In this document: piece after piece, positions 17,461-27,035 of the stretch | Numbering within the stretch: the first letter of the stretch is position 1 | Layout: every line of letters starts with the position of its first letter | NCBI GenBank assembly: GCA_965204715.1 | Contig: OZ242009.1 | Coordinates: 1,720,013-1,760,012 of the forward strand | Reading direction: 5' to 3' | Source: Dehalococcoidia bacterium | GTDB lineage: Bacteria; Chloroflexota; Dehalococcoidia; Lucifugimonadales; UBA3495 | Length of the DNA stretch: 40,000 nt | The notes under the pieces: generated by a model | What the model saw: the letters and a program-made list of their open reading frames with translations, nothing else | Database searches by the model: none | What the model was told of the DNA's origin: nothing | Position numbers and translations under genes: made by a program

Positions 17461-18283
17461 CTATTACGTAAAGGTAATTGGAGCAATTTAACAATGCCCC
17501 TCTTGGGTTTGCGGGGACGCCCGAGTCCCTGATACTCCCCACTGGTCCAAGCTGGCTCCAGCGGCCAGACCGTGAAGCCCGCCGGAACGTCCGGGACGTA
17601 ACGTTTCCCCAAGGCCGAAAGCCCCTCCCGGAAGGACGGAAATACCCCGAAGGCGGCATCCCCGGCAACCCATCCGGCCTTCAGATGGCCGCGCTCCAAG
17701 GCCTGCTTCAGCATCGCCAAGGTCAATTCTGTCTTGGACCGGTAGTCACGAGTCTCATCAGGCACTCCTGCCGCCGCACACCGCTCCGGGTCCGAGGTCC
17801 AACTCTCCGGTAGATAGAGCCACCTGTCCACCAGCGCCCGGCCCAAGGGACTGACGTAGGCCAGAAACATCCCGGCCTGGCAGTTGGCCACCTTGCCCAG
17901 CCCGCCGCAGTACTGGCAGGCCACCCCCGCCGATTTCCTCCCCTGCTTGGGGAAGTCGCTGCCGTCCAAAACCCACACCGCCTCGGGTTCACTAGCCTGG
18001 GAGCCAGGTATTCCTGCAACCTACCGATGACCGTGTCATCGGACCAACGGGCCTCGGTGAGAAATCGCTGCATTGACCGGGCCCGGATGCCCACCGATTC
18101 CGGGAGATTCTCGGCGTTGCGCCGTTCCTGGGTCTGCACCAAGAGAGCCTGGAGATAGTTCCGGCTGTGCTCCCGCCATTGCTTGCGGCCGAAAGAGGCA
18201 GCAAAGAAGGCGTGAAATTTCTGAAAGCTGTCGTAGACCCGCTCGAAGCTCGCCGCATCCATCACCCATACCGCCACCATCAT
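17457..18283 (-). pseudogene. IS701-family DDE transposase remnant (frameshifted, 3'-truncated)
   Basis: The N-terminal part runs from the ATG at 18283 ('MMVAVWVMDAASFERVYDSFQKFHAFFAASFGRKQWREHSRNYLQALLVQTQERRNAENLPESVG...RFLTEARWSDDTV'). It continues after a frame change near 17980-18000 with 'WVLDGSDFPKQGRKSAGVACQYCGGLGKVANCQAGMFLAYVSPLGRALVDRWLYLPESW', the hallmark IS701 DDE region. The total is only about 275 codons, so the C-terminal third is missing. Confidence 0.7.
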
Positions 18284-18322
18284 CTGACCAGCTATTCCAT
18301 CTACAACCCGTCGTTGTAGTCC

Positions 18323-19496
18323 TAAACCAAAGCCAAGGTGAAATGCGCAGAGTAGTGGGGCAAATTGAGGCCGTAACTGGTTAGCTGACCTCAGGAGTTG
18401 GGAGGTGTTGCTGATGGGTGCGAGAGAGAAGGACCTCAGGCGGCGGATGATTCTGGCGCCTGCGCCCCGGGAGCGGGAGCGTTGGTACGCCATGTTGCTC
18501 TTGGCCCAGGGTTGGACGGCGGCGGCCACGGCGGAAGCGCTGGAGCGGGACCCCCACACCATCGGACGCTGGGCGCCGGCCTTCGGCGAGGGAGGGCCTG
18601 CGGCCCTGCTGTTCGATCAGACCGGCGGTTCCCCCAGCCCTTGACCAAGCGCAGCAGACGGAGTTGAAAGGGGCAGTGCAACTGCCGCCGTCATGGTCAG
18701 GCATGGAAATGGCCAACTGGTACTGGAAAGTGGCGCGGCAGTTTGTTGCGGAACGCTTTGGTATCAGCCTGTGTCGCAGCAGTTGTCTGAACTATCTGCA
18801 CCGCTTGGGATTCGCTTTCAAGCGTCCCAGGAAGCGGTTGGTCAAAGCGAATGAGTCTAAGCGGCAAGCCTTTGTGGCGGAGTATGCCGCCTTTGGGGAC
18901 CAGTCGGGGCGCGCTGGCGGAAAGGCATTCTTTGCCGGTGGGGCCCACTTCCGGGCCGGCGCCGGGTTGCGGGGCAAGTGGGTGTTGAGGGAAGAGCCGG
19001 CATTGGCGGACTCCACCAGCTCCAAGCACAGGGAGAAGGCCGGCTGCTACCCGGTGGTGTGCCTGGAAACCGGCGGGGCGGAGTGGATGGAAGTGGAGGG
19101 CAACAGCACTCCGGGACCCCGGTTGCCTTCCTGGAACGGTTGCGGGGGAGGCACGGCGGGCGTCTGAACGTGATCTGGGACAATGCGCCGGCCCATCGCG
19201 GCGAGGCGCTGCGGGCGTACCTGTGGACGCCTGACCTGAACCTGGGGCTGGTAAACCTGCCGGGCTACAGTCCGGACTTCAACGCAGAGGAGGCCACCGG
19301 CAATCTGTGCCTGGGGACCAGGGAGGCGGTACGGGCACGGGCCGGCGGCTTCCTGGGCGGGTCCGGCTAACCGGAAGGACGGGGTGAGACGGCGCTGCCG
19401 GACAGTGCTGCAATCGAGGGCTGAGGCGCTCCTGCAAGATTCCCAGCCCAATTCCAGCCTTCCGGCAAATGCACATCCCACCTTGGCTTTGGTTTA
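18323..19496 (+). mobile_element. IS630-family insertion sequence (1,170 bp, 18325-19494) with intact terminal inverted repeats and TA target duplication
   Basis: The left end is AACCAAAGCCAAGGTGAAATGCGCA. The reverse complement of the right end is AACCAAAGCCAAGGTGGGATGTGCATTT. This gives a 16-bp perfect TIR. TA sits on both flanks (18323-24 and 19495-96), as expected for IS630/Tc1-mariner elements. The insertion lies 40 bp upstream of the IS701-like transposase start. Confidence 0.8.
18405..19370 (+). pseudogene. IS630-family transposase, inactivated (two frame changes, catalytic-site substitution, internal deletion)
   Basis: - **HTH part, frame 3:** 'RERWYAMLLLAQGWTAAATAEALERDPHTIGRW', ending at a stop at 18644.
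- **Middle part, frame 1:** 'ANWYWKVARQFVAERFGISLCRSSCLNYLHRLGFAFKRPRKRLVKA'.
- **C-terminal part, frame 3:** 'LNVIWDNAPAHRGEALRAYL...LVNLPGYSPDFNAEEA'.
- **Catalytic site:** the place where family members carry the first catalytic Asp ('F.DE..F') reads 'FFAGGAHF'. Confidence 0.75.
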
Positions 19497-19568
19497 GGTC
19501 CACTCAAGAGAGAATCTCGCTACCAAACCCCAGATACAAGACCCTCCCCCATCAGGATGGCACGGTCC

Positions 19569-21116
19569 TCAATTTCCCGCCTTGATGAAGTCGGCGACGC
19601 GCTCGGCAATCATCATCGTGGTGACGTTGGTGTTGGCGCGGACCACGTCGGGCATTATGGAGGCGTCGGCGACCCGGAGGTTGGAGACGCCCCGGACTCG
19701 CAACTGCTGGTCGACCACGGCCATGGGGTCGCTGCCGGGCCCCATCTTGCAGGTGCCGGAGATGTGATAGGAGGTGCTGATGTTGCGGCGCAACCAGGCG
19801 TCCAGCGCTTCGTCGGCATCAAGGTCTGCTGGCGTGGGAGCGATTATCTCCTCGATGATGCCATCGTATGAGCTGTGCTGCAGCAGGGACACGCAGAGGC
19901 GGACGCTCTCCCGCAGCCGTTCCCGGTCCCAGTCCTCTTCCAGGTAGCGGTAGTCCATGCTGGGCGGAACGTGGGGGTCGGCGGACACCAGCCGCAGTTC
20001 GCCCTTGCCCGCTGCCAGATAAAGGCCGCAGTTGACAGTGTGGGCCGGGTTGTCGTCTCGCACCACCGTATTCAGCGACGCCGGCGACAGTATCATATCG
20101 TTGGGCGTGTCTGAACCGGTGGCAGTGTAACGGAGCCGCAGGGCCCTCATGCCATTGGCGTCCTGGGGGACATCGTCCTTGACCGTGAAACGCACTGACA
20201 CGTTGGGATGGTCACGCATGTTCTGGCCAACGCCCGGCAGGTCCACCGCCACGGGAATCCCCTGGGCGTTCAACTGGCCGGGCGGGCCGATGCCCGAGAG
20301 CAGCAGCAGTTGCGGGGAAGCCACCGCACCGGCGCAGAGGATGATCTCGCCCCCTTCAACCACGAAGGTCTCGTCGCCGCTCTCTACTTCTATTCCGACG
20401 GCCCGCTTGCCTCCCGGTTCGTCTTCCAGCACCAGGCGGTTGGCCTGGACGTTGGGGCGGATGGTGAGGTTCAACCTGTGGCGCACCGGGGAAATGTAGG
20501 TCAGGGCCATGCTCATCCGCACGCCGTCGATGTTGTTCTCGGCCCGCAGGCTGACGCCGGTGGACTCGGGATGGTTCACGTCGGGATGGAAGGGGTACCC
20601 GGCGGCGGCGGCGGCCTGAAAGAATGCCTCCTGCGAGGCCGGCCAGGTCTCCCGTTGATGATGGCGTACCGGGACCGGGCCGTCAGTGCCGTGGAAATCG
20701 TCGTGAAAGTCGGCGTCGTTCTCCAGCTTGCGGAAATAGGGCAGGCAGTCCAGGTAGGCCCAGCCGTCGTTGCCCCAGGACGCCCAGGTGTCGTAGTCCT
20801 CGGGTGCGCCGCGGATGAATGTCTGGCCGTTGATGGCGCTGGAGCCGCCCAGTACCTTGCCGCGCGGCACGGGCATCGGCCCCTGGTCCGGCGTGGCCGT
20901 GCCGGTGAAGGACCAGTTGTAGGGTGAACCGGCGGCGCGGGCCTCCAGGTTCACCGTCCCCCAGCCCAGCTTGAGCATATCGGGCAATTGAGTGAAGTCT
21001 GGGAAGTCGGGACCGGCCTCCAGCAGGAGCACCGAGCGCTCGGGGTCCTCGGACAGACGGGCAGCCACGATGCAACCGGCCGTGCCACCGCCAACAACTA
21101 TGTGGTCGTATTTCAT
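19569..21116 (-). CDS. GMC-family FAD oxidoreductase (choline/alcohol dehydrogenase-like)
   Basis: The ATG at 21116 is preceded by GGAGGGA. The N-terminal FAD fold is 'MKYDHIVVGGGTAGCIVAARLSEDPERSVLLLEAGPD'. Internal GMC strings include 'RGKVLGGSSAINGQTFIRG'. The C-terminal GMC signature is 'ISTSYHISGTCKMG...VVDQQLRVRGVSNLRVADASIMP'. Confidence 0.9.
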   Translation of the reverse strand: MKYDHIVVGGGTAGCIVAARLSEDPERSVLLLEAGPDFPDFTQLPDMLKLGWGTVNLEARAAGSPYNWSFTGTATPDQGPMPVPRGKVLGGSSAINGQTFIRGAPEDYDTWASWGNDGWAYLDCLPYFRKLENDADFHDDFHGTDGPVPVRHHQRETWPASQEAFFQAAAAAGYPFHPDVNHPESTGVSLRAENNIDGVRMSMALTYISPVRHRLNLTIRPNVQANRLVLEDEPGGKRAVGIEVESGDETFVVEGGEIILCAGAVASPQLLLLSGIGPPGQLNAQGIPVAVDLPGVGQNMRDHPNVSVRFTVKDDVPQDANGMRALRLRYTATGSDTPNDMILSPASLNTVVRDDNPAHTVNCGLYLAAGKGELRLVSADPHVPPSMDYRYLEEDWDRERLRESVRLCVSLLQHSSYDGIIEEIIAPTPADLDADEALDAWLRRNISTSYHISGTCKMGPGSDPMAVVDQQLRVRGVSNLRVADASIMPDVVRANTNVTTMMIAERVADFIKAGN

Positions 21117-21311
21117 TGAAATGACTCCCTCCGTAGATTTGGGCCATTGTACATTGTTTTTTCCTACGCCCGGTCTTTCCCGGCTACGGGGGAAGCCCCA
21201 TACGAATGCGACTGTCACAAATCAAGACTGGTCTGGCATCCGGTATTGTGTTACCCAATTATTTCAATGGTTTCACCCGCAGACATCCGATTTTCGGTGA
21301 TCCCCCAACCT

Positions 21312-24300
21312 TCACCGGTCTCGTTCAAACCTGCCGTATGCCGGTTTTTCCAGAATCCGGGCAATTACCGAGTCTCTCTCATCCCTGTCCACAGTTCGCT
21401 TCTGGTCCGAAGGCTCGTACAGGTAAAGCGGATCGGGAATCCATCTGGGACTGGCTGCCATTTCGACGATCGGGACCATGAAGGCCCAATCGTTGGCGAG
21501 GTCGATCCACTGGCCGTCAATCTTCAGGTCTTCCACGTCGATTGCGTCGAACAGGTACTTCCTGAAGGTCCTCAGGTGTTGCCACACATTGCTCCGCCAG
21601 GACCGCGGCCTATTGAAGTCGGCGGGGTAGGACGCTTCTTTGTCCAGTCTGAGCATGGACCCTACCGTGGCATCGGCTCCGGCTTCGTATTCGGCTCGGA
21701 CCCGGTCGAGGACATGCCTGCCCAGCAGGGCGTCATCGGCGTCAAGGGTGACTATCACCGTGTCCGGGTCGTCGCAGAACCTGGTGACGGCGTTCCAGGT
21801 GTTGAAGAGGGCGCCCCGGCGGGTGGAGTTCCGAATAATGGTGACCCTGTCTGCGTGGTCCCTGAACAGCACTTCGGCATAGTCCCCGAACCCGTTGGTC
21901 GAAGCGTCGTCCACCACGACCGCGCCCCAGTCCCGGCAGTCCTGAACAGCGAGCGACTCGAAGCAGCGCCGGAACCTGCCCGGGTCAACGTTGCGCCCGC
22001 AAATCACGAAGACGAAGGTTTCGCTCCGCTTGGGACCGGCCCAGTCCACCGCGGAGCCGGCCAGTTCCACCCTGTCGAGCTGGACCGGCGCAACGTAACC
22101 CCGTTCTACGCTGTCCATGATGTCCGCTATGCCATCGTCATCGGATTTCCGGTCGTTGGGAACATGGATGAAGGCGGTTGCCGGGTCCCCGCCGCGGTAC
22201 GAGCGGTGTTCGCCGGACGCGATGAAGCGGTCGAACGCCCGGTGCCAGGGCATCGCAAACCGGCCGCCCTCAAGCTCGTTGGCGACGGGCAGCGCCGACT
22301 GGAGCTTCCGCCTGTCGAAGAGGCATCCCCTGACCTCGACGCGCCAGTCCCCTCGCGGCCCCTCGCAGGTGTAGGGTTGGGGGCCGGAGCGGCAGATGCT
22401 GAGGGAAACGAAGAGGGCCCTGGGGTCATTGCGGAGGACATCCGCCATCTCGTCAAGGTAGTTGTGCTGCCGGTCCGCCCTGGCGATGATGAGATCGCTG
22501 TCCACTTGGAGGACGTAGTCGCCGGTGCACGCATCGAACCCGTACAGGGTGGCGAATAGCTGCTGTCCGTTGGCCGAGTGAGTTTCTTCCGACTCCACCC
22601 CGAACCACCTTGCAAAGGTGCTGCGAATGGTCTCGGGGTCCTCAGGGGCGTAGACCACCCGGTCCACCAAGCCGTCCCCGACCAGACGTTCCATGGCGGC
22701 GTGGTGCGCCGCGGGATCGGGAGAGTCGTACTGGCGGGCGAAGGGTCCCATGAACGGGTCGACCACGATCACCCGCTCCGCGAACCTGACCGGTCCCTCG
22801 AGTTGCCCGACCTGGTGGCGGACCAGCCTCTCGATGGAGCGCCACTCCATCAGGCAAGTCTTTATAAGCAAGGACACCTTCGGCCTCGGGTCGCCCGGGG
22901 GCAAGGCAGTTGAGGGTTTGAGCTTGAACACGAGGTGCTCGGACGCCGGGCGCAAGTGACGCGAATCGGTCCCGTCCAGTTCCACGACTTTGTCGACGTG
23001 GAGCCCCGCACTCTCGAAGGCTCGCAGGTAGGTCGCGAAGCTCCTGTGGACCTCCACCCGCCGGTTGCCGTTCATGCTGAGTGTCTTGGTGTACTGGAAC
23101 GTGTGCTCGTACTCATGATCACGGGGCAGATGCTTTTCCGCCAACTCGGTCGATACGACCGGCAGGTAGAACGGGTTGCACACCGCCACGAACACCGTCC
23201 CGTCCCCGGCGGCCAGCCGGCGCAAATCCTGGAGGATGGCTTCGAACTCCTCTGAACCGGGAATGGTGCACAGGACCCGGCTGCACACCACGGCCTGGAA
23301 ACCAGTCGACCTCGACCTGAGTTCGTCGAGCAACTCCCGGCCGCCGTACCTGGCTGCGCTGACGTGGCCGAGGCACCTCGCGACCATGGCGGGGTCCGGG
23401 TCGTATCCTGTTGCCTGGATCCCGCATTCGGACAACCGCTCCGCCAGCCGGCCGTCTCCGCAGCCGTAGTCGAGGACGGTTTCGGGACGTTCCGCGAGGA
23501 CCAGGTCCGCCATCGGGCGTTGGAACAGTTCGTCCCAGCCCCTCGGGTCGAGCGCGTTCAGGAACTGCCCGAATCCGGCCAGTTCCGGCAGGTCCGGGTC
23601 GGTCAGGGATCTCGTCATCAACCGCTTGAGGTCGGACCGGAAGTGAAAACGGTAGGTCAGAAACGCCCGCCGGCACATCTGCTCGAACTCCCGGTCGTTT
23701 GCCGGGACTATGTCCGACCCGTAGTCGATGAGCTTCAGCCCGGATGAGGTCACCAGAAGGTTGTCGGGATGGATATTCCGGCACGCGATTCCCGCCTCCC
23801 GGCACTCCCGGAGCAGGGTCAGTATCTCCCCGAGGCGCCCACCCGAGTACTTCGTACCGGCCTCATACGGGTGCACGGTCACCACCTGCCGGCCCCGGCT
23901 CCGGACTTCCCGGATGTCCAGCAGTGTGCTGTATCCTCCCAGTTTCCCGGCAAGGGACCGGAGGAACGCCACCTGGCGCTCCATGCTGCGGGGCTTCCAG
24001 GAATGGAAGTACTTGTACGCCAACTGCCCGTCGGTCAGCACGGCGCCCTCCTCACCCACTCCCAGGCAGGTGAGAGGGCCGGTCCCGAACTCCTCCCGGA
24101 CGAAGGTCTCGGCGGTCCTGGCGAGGGCTTCTGCGGGCAGCCTGACGTTGGCCCGGTACTGCTCCACGGTCTGGCGTAACTTCCTGAAGTAGTCCCTGAT
24201 TGGAGCGGCATCCTCTTCCGACAGCCGGTTGACGAACTCCTCAATCCGCCCCTCGCTGTAGACCGATGCCAGGGTCTCCGTGAAATGCTTGAGTGCTGCG

Positions 24301-26531
24301 ACCGGTGCTTCGTACCGCAGAGACGCCAGCCACCAGGGAATCGGCTCCCCGAATGAGTCCCGCTCGTAGAACCGTCTGAGGGCGCGGATGAGTCCGGTGA
24401 CCCTGATGGCGTTGAGCTCAAAGTCCCGCAATCGCTCGCGGAGGTGGTCCTGATACAACGCGGCCGCCTCGCCGATTTCATAGTCGTCAAAGTCGAGCAG
24501 GCTACGGCCGTGGGGTTCCCTGCCCTGTGCCTGTCGCCGCTGCGCCTTTCTCAGGAGCATGTCATGCAGGGCGGAGTAGAGGGCGTGTCCCCGGATGTCC
24601 TGCGCCAGTGTGCCGAAGCCGGGGTCTGAGCCTGGACTCGCCGACCTGTCCTGCCGGACCGGGAGCGGGGCCTGGACCACCCTGCGCCCCCCGATGTGCC
24701 TGTTCAGGAGGCACCAGACCATGTCGCTGCGCCGGGTGTCGGCTCCCTCGATTTCAGCGGCGGCGTTGGGGAACTCCCGCAGGGCGTCCACGTCGAACAC
24801 CAGTGTGTTCGGTCCCCTTCTCACCGACGGCACGAGTCCGGCGGCAACATCGGCTCCCCCTGGCTGCACGAGAGGCCGGAATACCTGCCTGCCCGCCAGG
24901 ATTTCAGGCAGGCGTGACACCATCTCCTTTAACACGTCCGCTGCTCGCAGCCCTGTCCGGCCTGCCTCGTACCAGAAGGGCGACTCCAGGTGGCCGGTCT
25001 CCGACCGGGAGAGGTCGTAGTAATAGTCGCGCATGTCCAACCGTGCGAGCCTGTTTTCGCCGCTTCGGTCAGGATAGGGTGTGTCCGGTCCGAGTCCGGT
25101 CAACTGCTGTAGGTTGTGGTGGAGGTCGACAAGCTGGGTGCGTATGCAGCCCGGGGCTGGCAGGGGAGGGTCGCCCGTGACCTCCCCTATGACAACCTCG
25201 TTGCCGGTATCCTTCAGCTTCATGATTGCGGGCACGTAGTCGACTTCACTGGGCTGGATATGGCCGTCCCCCCCGTAGACCAGGCTGTCCAGACGTACAT
25301 CGTCATCGAGAATCCACACCACCGCCCCGGGCCGCGGCTTGGCCTCGAGATAGAGGTAGTGCTGGAGCATGGTCCGGCTTGCGGCGATGCTCTTGCGCCC
25401 GGATAGCTGGTCCGGGGTGGCGGACAGCATTCCTGCCTCGACATCTGAAGCCTGGTCTTCCAGCGTCTTCGCGGTCACGTCGAGCCCTCGTCCCAGGGCA
25501 TCGCCGACAGCCTCCCTGAGGGCCTTCCTGGAGGGACCGCCCGGCCCTCCGTTTTCGAGCAGGACCACCTTCAGGGTGACGTCGTCTCGCCAAGCGATCC
25601 TGGTGACCAAGTCATCCATGAGCCGGGAGATTCCGGCGACTTCAGGCGATGTGATTGCTCCGACGACCAGATCCAAGCTCTCGCCGGGCACAGGATTGTC
25701 CCTGGCCGGCCCGGAAACCGGAGGGATGTCCATGGCTGCGTCGGCGTCACAGCCGAACATCTCCCGGCTCCTCCTGAGGAACGCGGCGCGTTGTTCCCCG
25801 GACATGCGCCCGTTGTACTTGCGAAAGAAGCGCGTGAGCCCCAGGCATTTCGCTTCGCTGCCGGGCGTGGATAGCCGCAGGCGGTCCTCCTCGGCGTAGT
25901 GGTGTACCAGGTGTTCCGGGAGGGAGCCGAACCTCACCGAGCGGAGGTCGGCGAGCCGGATGCAGACGTCCCGGTCCGTGGTGCTGGCAAGCCCCTCGTC
26001 GAACCCTCCGGCTTCGAGCAGTATTTGGAGCCTCACGAACAGGTTGGAGCCCTGTATGTGGGGGTTTCTTATAAGAAGTTCGTCCACGTCGAGGCGGTCC
26101 GGTATATCGAGGTATCCTCCACTGTCGTCGAAGCTGCTGTGGTAAACGATCCCGGCGGCGACCATGTCCAGCCCTTGCCGCACCACCGCTTCTTCACACC
26201 GCTCCAGATAGACCGGTTCCCACATGTCGTCGTCATCCAGAGAAGCCACGAAGACCTCCGGCTCGACGGACTGCAGCCAGGAGAGTGCGGAGTTGCATGC
26301 GCCGGAGAGTCCCGGTGTCCGGCGGTTTTCCAGGTAGACCGTGGTCACCCCGCCGGCGCCGAAGCCGGCAATAACCTCCTTGTTGGCGAACCGCATCTGC
26401 GAACCGGAATCGTCCACGACCAACAGGTAGTCGGGAGGCCGCGTCTGGACTTCGACAGAAGCCAGCGCCCGGTTGGCCAGAAGCCCGGGCCTGCTGTGTG
26501 TGGCGATCACCGCGGCTATCTTAATCATCAC
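21312..26531 (-). CDS. 1,739-aa multidomain glycan-assembly protein: GT2 - GT-A-like - kinase-like - SAM methyltransferase - GT-A-like - GT2
   Basis: - **N-terminal GT2:** 'IAAVIATHSRPGLLANRALASVEVQTRPPDYLLVVDDSG...SLDDDDMWEP'.
- **Second GT-A-like module:** 'VVWILDDDVRLD'.
- **Kinase-like fold (~23640-24080):** 'GVGEEGAVLTDGQLAYKYF...CRNIHPDNLLVTSSGLKLIDYGSD'.
- **Class-I methyltransferase (~23160-23490):** 'VLDYGCGDGRLAERL...FQAVVCSRVL'.
- **Third GT-like module:** 'YVLQVDSDLII'.
- **C-terminal GT2:** 'FVFVICGRNV...LAVQDCRDWGAVVVDDASTNG...IVTLDADDALLG'. Confidence 0.85.
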   Translation of the reverse strand: MMIKIAAVIATHSRPGLLANRALASVEVQTRPPDYLLVVDDSGSQMRFANKEVIAGFGAGGVTTVYLENRRTPGLSGACNSALSWLQSVEPEVFVASLDDDDMWEPVYLERCEEAVVRQGLDMVAAGIVYHSSFDDSGGYLDIPDRLDVDELLIRNPHIQGSNLFVRLQILLEAGGFDEGLASTTDRDVCIRLADLRSVRFGSLPEHLVHHYAEEDRLRLSTPGSEAKCLGLTRFFRKYNGRMSGEQRAAFLRRSREMFGCDADAAMDIPPVSGPARDNPVPGESLDLVVGAITSPEVAGISRLMDDLVTRIAWRDDVTLKVVLLENGGPGGPSRKALREAVGDALGRGLDVTAKTLEDQASDVEAGMLSATPDQLSGRKSIAASRTMLQHYLYLEAKPRPGAVVWILDDDVRLDSLVYGGDGHIQPSEVDYVPAIMKLKDTGNEVVIGEVTGDPPLPAPGCIRTQLVDLHHNLQQLTGLGPDTPYPDRSGENRLARLDMRDYYYDLSRSETGHLESPFWYEAGRTGLRAADVLKEMVSRLPEILAGRQVFRPLVQPGGADVAAGLVPSVRRGPNTLVFDVDALREFPNAAAEIEGADTRRSDMVWCLLNRHIGGRRVVQAPLPVRQDRSASPGSDPGFGTLAQDIRGHALYSALHDMLLRKAQRRQAQGREPHGRSLLDFDDYEIGEAAALYQDHLRERLRDFELNAIRVTGLIRALRRFYERDSFGEPIPWWLASLRYEAPVAALKHFTETLASVYSEGRIEEFVNRLSEEDAAPIRDYFRKLRQTVEQYRANVRLPAEALARTAETFVREEFGTGPLTCLGVGEEGAVLTDGQLAYKYFHSWKPRSMERQVAFLRSLAGKLGGYSTLLDIREVRSRGRQVVTVHPYEAGTKYSGGRLGEILTLLRECREAGIACRNIHPDNLLVTSSGLKLIDYGSDIVPANDREFEQMCRRAFLTYRFHFRSDLKRLMTRSLTDPDLPELAGFGQFLNALDPRGWDELFQRPMADLVLAERPETVLDYGCGDGRLAERLSECGIQATGYDPDPAMVARCLGHVSAARYGGRELLDELRSRSTGFQAVVCSRVLCTIPGSEEFEAILQDLRRLAAGDGTVFVAVCNPFYLPVVSTELAEKHLPRDHEYEHTFQYTKTLSMNGNRRVEVHRSFATYLRAFESAGLHVDKVVELDGTDSRHLRPASEHLVFKLKPSTALPPGDPRPKVSLLIKTCLMEWRSIERLVRHQVGQLEGPVRFAERVIVVDPFMGPFARQYDSPDPAAHHAAMERLVGDGLVDRVVYAPEDPETIRSTFARWFGVESEETHSANGQQLFATLYGFDACTGDYVLQVDSDLIIARADRQHNYLDEMADVLRNDPRALFVSLSICRSGPQPYTCEGPRGDWRVEVRGCLFDRRKLQSALPVANELEGGRFAMPWHRAFDRFIASGEHRSYRGGDPATAFIHVPNDRKSDDDGIADIMDSVERGYVAPVQLDRVELAGSAVDWAGPKRSETFVFVICGRNVDPGRFRRCFESLAVQDCRDWGAVVVDDASTNGFGDYAEVLFRDHADRVTIIRNSTRRGALFNTWNAVTRFCDDPDTVIVTLDADDALLGRHVLDRVRAEYEAGADATVGSMLRLDKEASYPADFNRPRSWRSNVWQHLRTFRKYLFDAIDVEDLKIDGQWIDLANDWAFMVPIVEMAASPRWIPDPLYLYEPSDQKRTVDRDERDSVIARILEKPAYGRFERDR

Positions 26532-26642
26532 GCATCGGAGCCGTCAGCATAGAATTTCCGCCCCAGCCTCGGGACGGCGGTACTTACCGGAGCAAGTATA
26601 GCGCGGAACGGATAGTGGGTTACCAGGGAAATATGATGGTCA

Positions 26643-26825
26643 TCATGGAATTCGGGAGTAGTATTCCATCCCGGCATTGGCTTGTCCGGGTCCCAGGGCA
26701 TCCTCCTTTGCTACTCCGGCCATGTATGTGCACTGGATGCACCAGTTCTTGAAGTTGCTGCGACACGGGGAGCAGGCGGAAATTCCAGGGCCCTGACGCA
26801 GCGCGACTTGGAGGACGTCAGTCAT
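26643..26825 (-). CDS. Hypothetical small (60 aa) CxxC...CxxC protein downstream of the integrase
   Basis: The ATG at 26825 lies within the 86-aa track ORF. The translation 'MTDVLQVALRQGPGISACSPCRSNFKNWCIQCTYMAG...' contains a CxxC-x8-CxxC zinc-ribbon-like spacing. Third-position GC looks gene-like. There is no recognisable family and only a weak SD. Confidence 0.25.
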   Translation of the reverse strand: MTDVLQVALRQGPGISACSPCRSNFKNWCIQCTYMAGVAKEDALGPGQANAGMEYYSRIP

Positions 26826-27035
26826 GGGTTCGGAGGTCCTCTCGAAGGGCGACGCTCCACTGTCCCAACGGCCAGTTGCCAGCAACCCGCACAGGCGCTC
26901 CAAAGCGCAGCCCGACAGGACACACGGCGTTCAGTCGGGTTGGCACAGATACGGGATCCCCGTATGTTTCGGACCACAAGGCCAGCCCGATATTGTGGGA
27001 CGTGTGGTGGTCAGCACCTGCACTTGCTCTCGACC

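Noticed and set aside
18381-19503. Several 72-144-aa minus-strand ORFs inside the IS630 element and IS701 remnant.
   Set aside because: They lie antisense to recognisable, though decayed, transposase reading frames and have no independent support.
21147-22559. A 470-aa ORF on the + strand, the fifth-longest ORF in the track.
   Set aside because: It lies entirely antisense to the strongly supported glycosyltransferase polyprotein. Its translation is Pro/Gly/Val/Arg-rich with no motif. This is typical of a shadow ORF in ~70% GC DNA.
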